From Candidatus Micrarchaeota archaeon (lineage in GTDB: Archaea; Micrarchaeota; Micrarchaeia; Micrarchaeales; CABMGC01), in assembly GCA_021801765.1 (NCBI GenBank), contig JAJYXO010000029.1, positions 1 through 45,435 on the forward strand: DNA of 45,435 nucleotides, given 5' to 3'. Positions 9,528 through 18,176 of the stretch are shown piece after piece (positions within the stretch are counted from its first letter, which is position 1; every line of letters begins with the position of its first letter). Made by a program: the position numbers and the translations under genes. Below the pieces are notes generated by a model. It worked only from the letters and a program-made list of their open reading frames with translations, did no database searches and was not told the origin of the DNA.

Positions 9528-9659
9528 GAGATCAGCTTCTCACACATGCAGGCATAGTTGCACTGCATGCCCATTTATAAAGAGTGCATAACAGGAATAT
9601 ATAACTTTCTATGCTTATACTCTTCTGTATTCTGAAATTTCGCGGCAAGGAGTGTTCAT

Positions 9660-9812
9660 ATGGGAAAATTCAATCTGGCAGATGAAGAACTGACAAGGAT
9701 CTGGATATGCAGAAAGTGCAAGGCTAGAAACAGGGCAGGATCTGCAAAATGCAGGAAGTGCGGCAGCAAGTACATGAGGACCAAGAGGAAGGAGAAGAGG
9801 GTCAAGAAGTAA
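9660..9812 (+). CDS. rpl40e: 50S ribosomal protein L40e (absent from the ORF track)
   Basis: Translates to MGKFNLADEELTRIWICRKCKARNRAGSAKCRKCGSKYMRTKRKEKRVKK: ICRKC-ARN...KCRKCG zinc ribbon; GGAG upstream. Confidence 0.93.
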   Translation: MGKFNLADEELTRIWICRKCKARNRAGSAKCRKCGSKYMRTKRKEKRVKK

Positions 9813-9866
9813 TCTTTATAGGCATTGCAGAATAGTATTATGTTATAATGAAGTTTGAGTGATCAG

Positions 9867-10088
9867 ATGGCAGAGCTTAATCCAATAGAAGCCGCAGTGG
9901 TGCAGGCAATGAAGGACATCGGCGCCACGAATGAGGAGAAGAAGAAAACTGCAGATGACATAGCTAAGAAATGCAACAGGCCAAAGAGCATGGTGAACAA
10001 CGCACTTGTCTCACTGATAAATAAAGGCGTGATAAAGAGAGTTGCAAGGGAGAAGGCATCTGGGTACTACGTGATACCTGCAGCCTGA
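9867..10088 (+). CDS. Small winged-HTH DNA-binding protein
   Basis: TADDIAKKCNRPKSMVNNALVSLINKGVIKRV..GYY fits a wHTH pattern. Confidence 0.75.
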   Translation: MAELNPIEAAVVQAMKDIGATNEEKKKTADDIAKKCNRPKSMVNNALVSLINKGVIKRVAREKASGYYVIPAA

Positions 10089-10099
10089 AGGTCAGTTTT

Positions 10100-10987
10100 A
10101 TGGCAGAGAATACGGATTCCATCGAATTCTTTGCCGACTGCCCAGGCTGGTTCTTGAAATCCACCAAAGCAATAGATACAGGCACAAAGCCCCTTGAGGT
10201 AGCTAAGTATCTCGCATTTGTGAGACGAAACGTAGATATAAAGGCATTTACCTTCTTAAACCTTGATCTAGCAGCGCTTTCGAAAGCAGCTTCAAAGATG
10301 ACCGAAGAGCTGAAAGGCATCTCTTCTCTTCCAGTCGCTTACAAGAGAATGGCAGCGAAAGATGGCAAGGAAGCCGTGGAAAGCGCTGTGATGGGCGAAG
10401 AGCATAAGAAGCCGTTTGCAAATGCCTATCTTTTCAGGATGATACTCGAAAACCTTAAGCTGGATTACACCCTGCATCCTGACAGAAACAGGATATTCGC
10501 AGGCTGCGCTGATGGTATTAAGAACGAATCTAAAGGTAGCAAGGATCCTTCCAACGCAATATCTTTCATAGCAAAGTATGGCAAATGGGTTTCAATAAAA
10601 AAGATGAATATCAGAGAAGATACAAAGCCTGAGGAGATAGCAGCGCATCTTACCTCCATAAGGCTAACTCTTGACAAGAAAGCGTTCGAATACACCGGGC
10701 TAAATGCTGCAGGGCCAGATGATTACGTCGCATCGTTAGGTAAGATGCGAAGGAGTGCTGAAAATCTGGAGAAGGCCATCAATATACTCAATTCAAAGGC
10801 AACGGATGTGAAAGTAGCAGAATTTTCAAAAGGCACAAATGACGGGGGAGAGGTTGCAAGAATCTACCTCCTTAGGCAGATGCTACAAGCAATGAAACTT
10901 AATTTCGATGTGAGTCCAGAAGAGCTCACATCTGCCTACCCTAACTTGAAGATACCAATGCCTCCTGGCCGAAAGCCAAAGAAATAG
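10100..10987 (+). CDS. DUF2666-like protein with an internal two-fold duplication
   Basis: Halves align (IEFFADCPGW..TKPLEVAKYL..KAF / ISFIAKYGKW..TKPEEIAAHL..KAF; YLFRMIL / YLLRQML); C-terminal YPNLKIPMPPGRKPKK recalls DUF2666. Confidence 0.65.
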   Translation: MAENTDSIEFFADCPGWFLKSTKAIDTGTKPLEVAKYLAFVRRNVDIKAFTFLNLDLAALSKAASKMTEELKGISSLPVAYKRMAAKDGKEAVESAVMGEEHKKPFANAYLFRMILENLKLDYTLHPDRNRIFAGCADGIKNESKGSKDPSNAISFIAKYGKWVSIKKMNIREDTKPEEIAAHLTSIRLTLDKKAFEYTGLNAAGPDDYVASLGKMRRSAENLEKAINILNSKATDVKVAEFSKGTNDGGEVARIYLLRQMLQAMKLNFDVSPEELTSAYPNLKIPMPPGRKPKK

Positions 10988-11083
10988 TAGGTTACATCTT
11001 AAACTGCCTTTAAGCGAGAGTGGCGATTTGGGCTGCATAACAGAATGCCTGCACTGTTGGCATTATAATACTGCAGCTATCCA

Positions 11084-11218
11084 CTAAATCTTAAAACTGT
11101 GGTTGCATTTGGTGCAGAACTCCTCTCTTTCGCTGCTGCTCTTCGTAGATATTTTTGCATGCCATTCGCTTTTACAGTAACAACTGCATCCTATCATCGC
11201 CTGACAATTCCTGCACAT
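11084..11218 (-). CDS. 44-aa Cys/His-rich microprotein, putative zinc-binding (absent from the ORF track)
   Basis: MCRNCQAMIGCSCYCKSEWHAKISTKSSSEREEFCTKCNHSFKI; GGTGA RBS 5 nt upstream of the ATG. Confidence 0.55.
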   Translation of the reverse strand: MCRNCQAMIGCSCYCKSEWHAKISTKSSSEREEFCTKCNHSFKI

Positions 11219-11284
11219 AACATTCACCGATGCTTATCCTGACTTCTATCTTTTATTCTTTTTGTCACTCTGAAATTTCTAATG

Positions 11285-11388
11285 TGCAGGGGGAGAGATT
11301 TGAACTCTCGAAGGCGCTAAGCCACAGGATCTTAAGTCCTGCGCAATTTTCTGTGGCCAAATGCCAGACCAGGCTCTGCCACCCCTGC
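11285..11388 (-). tRNA. tRNA-Leu(TAA) with about 20-nt non-canonical intron in the D-loop (position 20/21; about 11348-11367)
   Basis: GCAGGGG acceptor, CAGGA-CTTAAGA-TCCTG anticodon arm, long variable arm, GTTCAAATC T-loop; D-loop interrupted by CTGGCATTTGGCCACAGAAA. Confidence 0.92.
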
Positions 11389-11400
11389 ATTGTGAACAGG

Positions 11401-12141
11401 CTAGGCGTACATCGACGGGCCAGAACCTACGTTGTCTGCGTTGGCATAATGCTCGTGGGATTCTTTGACCTTGCTCATCATCTCGCTTATCTTTGCCTCA
11501 ACCTCCTTTGCCTCCTCCTCCAGTTCGCTTAGATCGACTTCTACACCGAGGAGTTTATTAAGTCCTGTTATAGCTATTTCTGCATACTTTGGATCCATTA
11601 TCGAAGGATTGACTTCCACAAGTATATCTATTGCAGGTATGCCGAACTCCTTCGCATTAACCAGCAGCGAAGCGCTAACTCCAGCAACGACGCCTTCTTC
11701 AATAGCTTTTATGCCAATCTTGCCTGCCTTCTTAACAGTGCTTTCGTCAGAGGATGTCATGTATATGGTATCTGATGGCTTCTGCGAAGGCATGCCTCCT
11801 ACTGAAACCATGCGCAATACTCCATACTTCCTAGCAAAGGCGAGTATCTCTGAAGTAAGTTGGTAGACAGCGTTAGCTGCTATGGCGAACTCAGCAATGA
11901 AGAGCACCAGCTTATACTTCTCGTTCTTGTATATGCGCGCCGGATGCATTGGCACCGCATCGTGAACAGCCGCTATAGGAGGGAACAAGTCACTTGATAT
12001 ATATCCTATATATTTCATGTTGAGCTTCTCTATCATATAGCTGCCTGACATGGTTCCTACAAGGCCTATGCCTGGAAATGCCTCTATGAGCGTATATCCC
12101 TTTATCGTTTCTTTCTCATCGAAAAGCCTTATGCCAATCAT
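11401..12141 (-). CDS. PAC2-family proteasome assembly chaperone (PbaA/PbaB-like)
   Basis: LIEAFPGIGLVG, FPPIAAV, PARIY, GVSASLL, DPKYA; C-terminal MYA is an HbYX motif. Confidence 0.9.
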   Translation of the reverse strand: MIGIRLFDEKETIKGYTLIEAFPGIGLVGTMSGSYMIEKLNMKYIGYISSDLFPPIAAVHDAVPMHPARIYKNEKYKLVLFIAEFAIAANAVYQLTSEILAFARKYGVLRMVSVGGMPSQKPSDTIYMTSSDESTVKKAGKIGIKAIEEGVVAGVSASLLVNAKEFGIPAIDILVEVNPSIMDPKYAEIAITGLNKLLGVEVDLSELEEEAKEVEAKISEMMSKVKESHEHYANADNVGSGPSMYA

Positions 12142-12274
12142 GGAATCATATAGTAGAACCAAGAATAAGAATTTAAAGCTATACTTGGCGACGCAGGCAT
12201 CTGTTATATTTTAATGACGTATCTCCGATGATAAATATAAAAAGATATACCTTTCATCTAATACCGGTGAAAGT

Positions 12275-12520
12275 ATGGCTGAAAGAATGACAGATGAAAA
12301 AATAAAGAGAGAAGATGGCTACCTCTACTTTCTGGGAAAAGATGGGTATGCATGGAGAACACCCATGAAGAACAACCCTAGGGGCAGAAAGGCGAAAGTC
12401 GGAAGCGAGAAGGTACCAAGAGAAGAAGGATACCTCTACTTCATAGACAAGAGCGGGTACGTAGCTAGAACCAAGATGAACAGGAGGGGAAGGGTAAGCA
12501 CCGCAAGGCGAAGAAGATAA
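12275..12520 (+). CDS. Small basic protein made of two internal repeats plus an Arg-rich tail
   Basis: KIKREDGYLYFLGKDGYAWRTPM / KVPREEGYLYFIDKSGYVARTKM; GGTGA RBS, TATA-like AATATAAAAA upstream, T-rich tract downstream. Confidence 0.85.
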   Translation: MAERMTDEKIKREDGYLYFLGKDGYAWRTPMKNNPRGRKAKVGSEKVPREEGYLYFIDKSGYVARTKMNRRGRVSTARRRR

Positions 12521-12566
12521 TCTAATTTTATAATTTTTTATTTTTAAATTTTTTATTTTAATAATT
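12521..12566 (+). terminator. Archaeal oligo-T terminator tract
   Basis: Several T5-T6 runs immediately after the stop codon. Confidence 0.6.
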
Positions 12567-12901
12567 GTTTAACTGCGCAGATAGAAATCCAAATCTTGCA
12601 GAATGCTGGAGCGAGTTGCAAAGAAGGCTATATCCTTTCTTCATAATAATTAGTAAGTGATCTGGATCCTCAATTTCTAGAAAGGCCAGTCCTATTCCAA
12701 GGTATGGATTGATCATTTAATTTTAGCCTCTCAAGCCTATTTAAGACAAAGGGCATTACAACAATTCACTTTTTTACTTTTTGCTTTGCTACTTGAAAAT
12801 AACGGATTTTATGCCTCTACGGCAAGAGGTTTGCTGATTTCCTTTCAGCGAAAGGTTATTAAATGCATGTGTTTATTTAATAGCAACCAAAAAGGAATGA
12901 T

Positions 12902-13435
12902 ATGATGGGAAAATTTAGATTGCAAAGCGCAATGGAATACCTGATGACCTACGGCTGGGCCATCTTGATAATAGCTGTAACACTTGGTGCATTGGCGTTC
13001 CTAGGAGTATTCAGCGGAACAGGATTGCTCCCTACTGCTTGCATAGCGTCATCTGGCTATATATGCAACAACCCCGTATACATCCACCAGACCGGCGGAG
13101 AAGGTAACCTTATAGTCACAATAGGGCAGTCTACAGGAACTCAATGGAATACTGCAAATGTGTATTTCGTTCCACAATCTAGCGAGGGCTCTGTGGCCTC
13201 TGGAACATCTCTGACTTCGGCTTCGTATGTGGGATCAAACACTAACGGCGGTACCGGATGGACATTCCCAAGCGGTATGCAACAATCAGTGACTATACAA
13301 ATACCTACATCTTCGGGGACAACTCCGCCAGGGACATCGCTTCAAGGCTATCTGTGGGTTACATATACCACGTCTTCAGCCGGCGCTGCGCCGCTAGAGA
13401 CAGAGTTTGCAACAGTCACTGCAAAGGCGTCCTGA
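12902..13435 (+). CDS. Archaeal type IV pilin-like protein (class III signal peptide)
   Basis: KFRLQSAMEYLMTYGWAILII: basic leader, Q-S-x-x-E, hydrophobic helix; S/T/G-rich globular part with a Cys pair; followed by a T-rich terminator. Confidence 0.85.
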   Translation: MMGKFRLQSAMEYLMTYGWAILIIAVTLGALAFLGVFSGTGLLPTACIASSGYICNNPVYIHQTGGEGNLIVTIGQSTGTQWNTANVYFVPQSSEGSVASGTSLTSASYVGSNTNGGTGWTFPSGMQQSVTIQIPTSSGTTPPGTSLQGYLWVTYTTSSAGAAPLETEFATVTAKAS

Positions 13436-13491
13436 CTTTTCAGGCCCTTTCTTTTATTTTTAGATTTTTAGGATTAGTTTTCTAATATTTT

Positions 13492-14403
13492 CTACTTCTT
13501 TTCCTCTTTTATCTTTATTACTTCTATGAGTTCGTTCGCACTCAGCAGCGGCTTCCTGAGCCTATCTATGTCATCTATCCCTATCCTAGGGCATGCAGTA
13601 TTCACAAATGCATCGAAGCATAGCATGTTGTTCACCGCGTCAAAGTCTACATTGTTGGATACGAGTATCTCTGCCTTCATTCCAGCTTTCGCTATCTTCT
13701 CTTTTAACAGCTTCGCAAGGTTCATGTTGAACTGCCCATTCTTGGTACTGACGAGTATGCCGAAGCTCTTCGCGTTAATAGCTGCCGCAATTTTCCCTGT
13801 GCTCTTCTTCCTGTAAATCTCCCTGTATCTGTCTATCCTCTCAACGCGTTTCAAGAATGGATCCACCATAAAGAATGGTTTTGATGTGTGGAGCAGCGCA
13901 CCTATCGGGTGGAAGATGCCGCCGCCGAAGTAAACATGCGCATCCACATGCCTGTCTATTGAAGCCGAACTTCCTATGTCGCATCCTAATATCTGCCCAT
14001 TCTGCTTTGCAAAGCCATACGGTTTCCCTATGAATACTTCCTTGCCCTCCTTCTCGTAGAAATTCCTTATATCATCTAACTGGTGTATATGCTGTATGGT
14101 GGTGCATATTCCCAACTTTTGGTAAGGCGCCAATCCTGCCGAAGAGAGCTTCAGCACCCCAAGGTCCGCATCTATCTTGTAATGCACATACTCTACGTTA
14201 AAGTCAATTTTGTGGAATTCTGCATGACCGAAGTGAACAAGCTTCTCTGCGCCTATAGTCTTTGCTTCATCTATAGCCAGATCGCAGGCACCGTAAGTAG
14301 GAGATGACGAGATGAAGACCTCATGGCCTTCTCTCTCAAGCGATTCGGCGTGGTCCAAAGCCTGCTGCTTTAGGCCTTCTGGAAATTGCAGTAGAATACG
14401 CAT
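13492..14403 (-). CDS. dph2: Diphthamide biosynthesis enzyme Dph2
   Basis: LLQFPEGLK, YGACD, HFGH, GQILGCD, FVNTACPRI. Confidence 0.95.
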   Translation of the reverse strand: MRILLQFPEGLKQQALDHAESLEREGHEVFISSSPTYGACDLAIDEAKTIGAEKLVHFGHAEFHKIDFNVEYVHYKIDADLGVLKLSSAGLAPYQKLGICTTIQHIHQLDDIRNFYEKEGKEVFIGKPYGFAKQNGQILGCDIGSSASIDRHVDAHVYFGGGIFHPIGALLHTSKPFFMVDPFLKRVERIDRYREIYRKKSTGKIAAAINAKSFGILVSTKNGQFNMNLAKLLKEKIAKAGMKAEILVSNNVDFDAVNNMLCFDAFVNTACPRIGIDDIDRLRKPLLSANELIEVIKIKEEKK

Positions 14404-14461
14404 TCGTCATCACTGTGGTTGCATCCTAACATTTATATTGGCTCCTATATAAAAGTATTGC

Positions 14462-14995
14462 ATGGAGCAGAGCGTTATCCTTGTGGACTCCAGAGGCAGA
14501 AGGATAGGCACCGAACAGAAGCTCAAAGCGCATTCAAATGGCGGAATATGGCATAGGGCCATATCCATATTTGCATTCAACGATAAAGGAGAGACCCTGC
14601 TGCAAAGAAGGGCATTCATAAAATATCATACCCCTGGTAAATGGTCTAACACATGCTGCAGCCATCCTGCACCAGGAGAAAAAGCAATTAGCGCAGCTCA
14701 TAGAAGGCTTATGGAGGAGATGGGATTCAGTTGCAAACTCAAGAATGCTTTTATGTTTAAATATGAAGCAGATGTTGGAAAAGGTCTAACTGAGAAGGAA
14801 TATGACTACATCTTTTTCGGTAGGTTCAATGGCGAGCCTAAGCCCAACTCCGACGAGGTTTCTGAATACAAATGGATGGGCTTGCAAGAACTAACCAGCG
14901 ACATAAACAAGAACCCCGATTCGTATACCCCCTGGCTAAGGCTTATGATCGGAGAGGTTTCCAAAAAGTATATGCAGCTCAAGGATGAGATCTAA
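14462..14995 (+). CDS. idi: Type 1 isopentenyl-diphosphate delta-isomerase (Nudix fold)
   Basis: KLKAH..GIWHRAISIF, LLQRRA..KY, WSNTCCSHP, EKEYDY, EV, YTPW. Confidence 0.95.
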   Translation: MEQSVILVDSRGRRIGTEQKLKAHSNGGIWHRAISIFAFNDKGETLLQRRAFIKYHTPGKWSNTCCSHPAPGEKAISAAHRRLMEEMGFSCKLKNAFMFKYEADVGKGLTEKEYDYIFFGRFNGEPKPNSDEVSEYKWMGLQELTSDINKNPDSYTPWLRLMIGEVSKKYMQLKDEI

Positions 14996-15537
14996 GCCGC
15001 AGTTCCTTTAGACTTCAGCATCTCGCTAATTTCTATCTTATATGTGCCTGATAGCTTAGATGCAGCTCTCTTGAGCGCCTCCATCGCTATCCTCCTATTG
15101 TTCTTATCTGCTTTCACTTCGAGCACTCCCTGCCCTTTCCCCACCCTAGCTGCGACTGATATGCCTTTTCCAAAGGAAAGAGACATACCCTGCGAGAGCC
15201 TGTCTGCCCCCGCCCCTGTAGCTCTCTTCTTCTCCCTTATCACGTTGTGAGGGTAAGTTACCACTCTGAAGAAGTAGTTTCCAGGTATCTCTCTTTCGAG
15301 GTGCTTGTTTGCCACCTGCCTTGCAGCCTCGAGTGAATTAGACCTAAGCTGGACTCTCTGGTTGGAGCAGAGCCTAAACGAGAGCTCATAAGAAGGTTTG
15401 TCAACGCCCATTCTAAAGACCAGAAGGCTCGTGTGTGGCAATGCTTTCACATAGCTCTTCTTAGGTTTCTTTACTGAGTACCTGCTCCACGCCTGGCTGT
15501 TGGGAGTCCTCATGGTCCTCGCTGGTCTAAGCTTCAT
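14992..15537 (-). CDS. rpl10e: 50S ribosomal protein L10e (uL16)
   Basis: LRPAR, QLRSNSLEAAR, YPHNVIREKK..TGAGADRLSQGMSLSFGK. Confidence 0.95.
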   Translation of the reverse strand: MKLRPARTMRTPNSQAWSRYSVKKPKKSYVKALPHTSLLVFRMGVDKPSYELSFRLCSNQRVQLRSNSLEAARQVANKHLEREIPGNYFFRVVTYPHNVIREKKRATGAGADRLSQGMSLSFGKGISVAARVGKGQGVLEVKADKNNRRIAMEALKRAASKLSGTYKIEISEMLKSKGTAA

Positions 15538-15597
15538 GAATATACCTGTATTAATATTCTAAGAAATGTATTTATACCTTGGCGTTATGGGGCTTTT

Positions 15598-15859
15598 ATA
15601 GGAACTTGACATTTACATTCAATTACCTAGACAAGCCCAATTTCCTTAATAACATAGAGGAGACGATGCAAGACCTTAGATTTCCAATTAAGGCAATTGT
15701 CATGACCTGAGAACATGCCAAAACAAACAACGATAAGAAACCAACAAACCCCCGGTGGGAAAAGGATTCTTCTATCATATGCGATTCGCTTTTATCCAAC
15801 CATGAAGGGCATAGGTTTCCCTCCCACATTGTTAAGTTTTACGTTTTGTCAACTCCTAT
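15598..15859. mobile_element. MITE-like or internally deleted IS remnant with imperfect terminal inverted repeats
   Basis: Left end ATAGGAACTTGACA (15598-15611); right end reverse-complements to ATAGGAGTTGACA (15847-15859). No intact transposase inside. Confidence 0.45.
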
Positions 15860-15969
15860 GACCTCCTTTGCCCATCTTTCAATGCAGCGAGCCGTCAATA
15901 TAACCTCAACATTTCTACCACGAGTATATTCAGCCAACCTCGTTTTAAAAAACAAAGAGGTATATTGTA

Positions 15970-15984
15970 GAAAGGTTTAAATAG
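15970..15984 (+). promoter_or_regulatory. BRE/TATA-like promoter of the Ced/T4SS-like operon
   Basis: GAAAGG-TTTAAATA in an AT-rich stretch about 55 nt upstream of ATG 16037. Confidence 0.45.
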
Positions 15985-16036
15985 TTTATTAAAGTATATT
16001 TATTTTACTTAAATAAATGATTATATAGTTGATTAT

Positions 16037-16408
16037 ATGATATCCCGACATAAAATTGTCTCAATATGTATAAAAACACTGTTCCTAGCATCTACCCTAT
16101 CGCTGGCGGCCAAGCCTGCTTACGGGTTTATTCCGCTACCGAACCTTGACATACTATCTACATTATCTTATGTGCAGGCCCTTTTGATGAAGGTAGGGCC
16201 TCTTCTAAGCGCTGTTTTGTTCGTAACCGCAGGCATATTCTATGCTATAGGCCAATTTTTCCCTTCATACAAGAGGGCAAGCCTACATGGCATGTCCATA
16301 GATATGATAATAGGCGCGATAGTTGTCGCTGCACTATCAGTTGCATCTACTGGCCTCGCCGCAGCTTCAACCAACCTGCTCTCAAACATTACCTCAAACT
16401 CACTGTGA
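16037..16408 (+). CDS. TrbC/VirB2- or CedA1/TedC-like pilin
   Basis: 123 aa: cleavable-looking signal (…LSLAAKPAYG) then two hydrophobic helices (VGPLLSAVLFVTAGIFYAIG; MIIGAIVVAALSVAS) joined by a short basic loop (YKRA). Confidence 0.6.
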   Translation: MISRHKIVSICIKTLFLASTLSLAAKPAYGFIPLPNLDILSTLSYVQALLMKVGPLLSAVLFVTAGIFYAIGQFFPSYKRASLHGMSIDMIIGAIVVAALSVASTGLAAASTNLLSNITSNSL

Positions 16409-16412
16409 GAAG

Positions 16413-17444
16413 ATGCGACTATTTTGGGAATATGGTTTTTCCATAGCCGTAGACCTGATAGCGATAATGATCGCAGTAAGCGGCATATCGCTTGGAATTG
16501 GATATGCGTTTAACGAGAAGAGGCTCAAAGAATTCGGCAGGCAGGAGCTCTTCCAGTCTATATTCAACGGTATCCTTGTCGGGTGCTTGCTTGCCCTTTT
16601 TTCCACGCATGGCATAATTGGGAATCTTATAACTGCACTAACGCAATCAAAAGGCACAAGTTTTTCGTGCAGCGAGGCGTTGTCAGGAAACCCTGCAATA
16701 TGCTTTGCCTATAACTATCTGGTAGGCATTGGGCCTTACACATTTATGGGCCAAAGCAATCAATCTGTACTTAGCGTTTCTACGGAACTAATAACTGGCC
16801 TCCTGGGGCTTAATGCGATCATCGGCATAGTAGCTGGTATAAAGATCAATATATTTGTCATTAGCATTTCGTTGGCTTCAGTATTGAGCCCAATAATAAA
16901 TGAAATACAATATATCATACGAATCCTCGCAGACGTATCAATAAGTGCAATAGTACAGGCATCTCTGCTAATGTTCGTATCTGTAAGCTCAATTACTGCA
17001 ATACTGCCGACAGGCCTGATCCTAAGGTCATTTCTACCAACGCGGAAGATAGGTGGATTCCTGATATCTCTCAGCATAGGGTTCTACGTCGTCTTCCCCC
17101 TCACATACGTATTCAATGCTGCTCTCATAAGCTCCTATTCTGGCAGCATCAGCAACACTTCAATAGGCTCTGTAAGCATCAACGCTTCAAACCTTGAAAA
17201 TACGCTTCTTTCTGCAAACCCTGGCACTAACGAGAGCCTAAGTCGGCACATAGCATCGCTTGCTTCGGGCATCGAGGCGTCTCTCGCAGGTATGATGAAT
17301 GGCATAATGTCGGATGTTGCATATCTGCTGATGTATGCATTTATCCTGCCCGCATTCAGCCTTATCTTAACTGCCGTATCAATTAGAGAAATAGCCTCGT
17401 TGCTAGGGTCAGAGGTATTTTTTGGTAGGTTCAGGTTATTATGA
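16413..17444 (+). CDS. CedA/TedA (VirB6-like) polytopic membrane protein
   Basis: About 6-7 hydrophobic helices; LPTGLILRSFLPTRKIGGFLISLSIGFYVVFP resembles the CedA-type signature; start at ATG 16413. Confidence 0.65.
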   Translation: MRLFWEYGFSIAVDLIAIMIAVSGISLGIGYAFNEKRLKEFGRQELFQSIFNGILVGCLLALFSTHGIIGNLITALTQSKGTSFSCSEALSGNPAICFAYNYLVGIGPYTFMGQSNQSVLSVSTELITGLLGLNAIIGIVAGIKINIFVISISLASVLSPIINEIQYIIRILADVSISAIVQASLLMFVSVSSITAILPTGLILRSFLPTRKIGGFLISLSIGFYVVFPLTYVFNAALISSYSGSISNTSIGSVSINASNLENTLLSANPGTNESLSRHIASLASGIEASLAGMMNGIMSDVAYLLMYAFILPAFSLILTAVSIREIASLLGSEVFFGRFRLL

Positions 17445-18175
17445 TGCAAACAGGCTATGGCTATCGCAAAAATAAGATATATTCATACATGATATACTCA
17501 CTCTCTGCAGCCTTATTTACTGCCAGCATATTCTCATACTCTGCCTTGCTTGTGTTTTCATCCGCTATACTGCTCTTACTTGCTTCTATATACTACAACA
17601 GCGGCCACATTGTAAATAACCTGCTGTTGCGCAAATCAAAGGTAATAGAAATATACAACGGATACAAGCTCAGCACCGAAGGATTGTCCCTCTGCAAACG
17701 AAATGGCAATGAATTCGTTAGCATTTCAGCTGCAATATTAACTCCGAATAATATATCCAATATAACTCCAGAAGATTATGAATCCGTAATAGAGAGTGTT
17801 CATGAACCATTTGACCTCTCTATTTCAATAGTCGAAGAGGGCAAAAGCCGAATACTTGAAGATCTTAATACAAAACTCAAGATGAAAGAGATAGAGCTTG
17901 CGAAAATCGACCCTGGAAAATATGACAGGATAAACAGCATAAAACGGGATATCACAGTAATAGAGGGCGATATTGAAGATATATCTTCTGGAGGCAAAGC
18001 ACTTTCTATTTATATTATCCTCAAAACACGCGCAACTTCAGCTAATGAGATCGACGCAATAGTGGAATCTGCTAAAAATATCGAACGTTTAGCAGAATCT
18101 TTCGCTGCTTCATGCAGGCTTGAATACAATATACTTAGCGGAGAGCATCTAATCCGCGCATTGGAAAGCTGGTGA
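17441..18175 (+). CDS. Membrane-anchored coiled-coil protein (two N-terminal TM helices)
   Basis: Two hydrophobic helices at residues about 15-52, coiled coil (LNTKLKMKEIEL...IKRDITVIEGDIEDI); ATGA overlap with the upstream gene. Confidence 0.7.
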   Translation: MMQTGYGYRKNKIYSYMIYSLSAALFTASIFSYSALLVFSSAILLLLASIYYNSGHIVNNLLLRKSKVIEIYNGYKLSTEGLSLCKRNGNEFVSISAAILTPNNISNITPEDYESVIESVHEPFDLSISIVEEGKSRILEDLNTKLKMKEIELAKIDPGKYDRINSIKRDITVIEGDIEDISSGGKALSIYIILKTRATSANEIDAIVESAKNIERLAESFAASCRLEYNILSGEHLIRALESW

Positions 18176-18176
18176 T

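Noticed and set aside
7324..9591. Many 60-200 aa ORFs antisense to cdc48 (similarly opposite the SNF2 gene, acnA, icd, mvaD and the LamG gene)
   Set aside because: Shadow ORFs with Ser/Leu/Phe-rich composition opposite well-supported genes.
11230..11532. 100-aa plus-strand ORF
   Set aside because: Antisense to tRNA-Leu and the PAC2 3' end.
12558..12716. 52-aa minus-strand ORF (MINPYLGIGLAFLEIEDPDH...)
   Set aside because: No clear RBS or motif, and it ends in the neighbouring terminator tract; cannot be supported without homologues.
15623..15829. 68-aa ORF inside the TIR element as a functional transposase
   Set aside because: Too short and lacks DDE or HUH motifs.
16323..16412. Upstream start for the CedA-like gene
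   Set aside because: It overlaps the pilin gene by 86 nt; ATG 16413, 4 nt after the pilin stop, fits the operon pattern.
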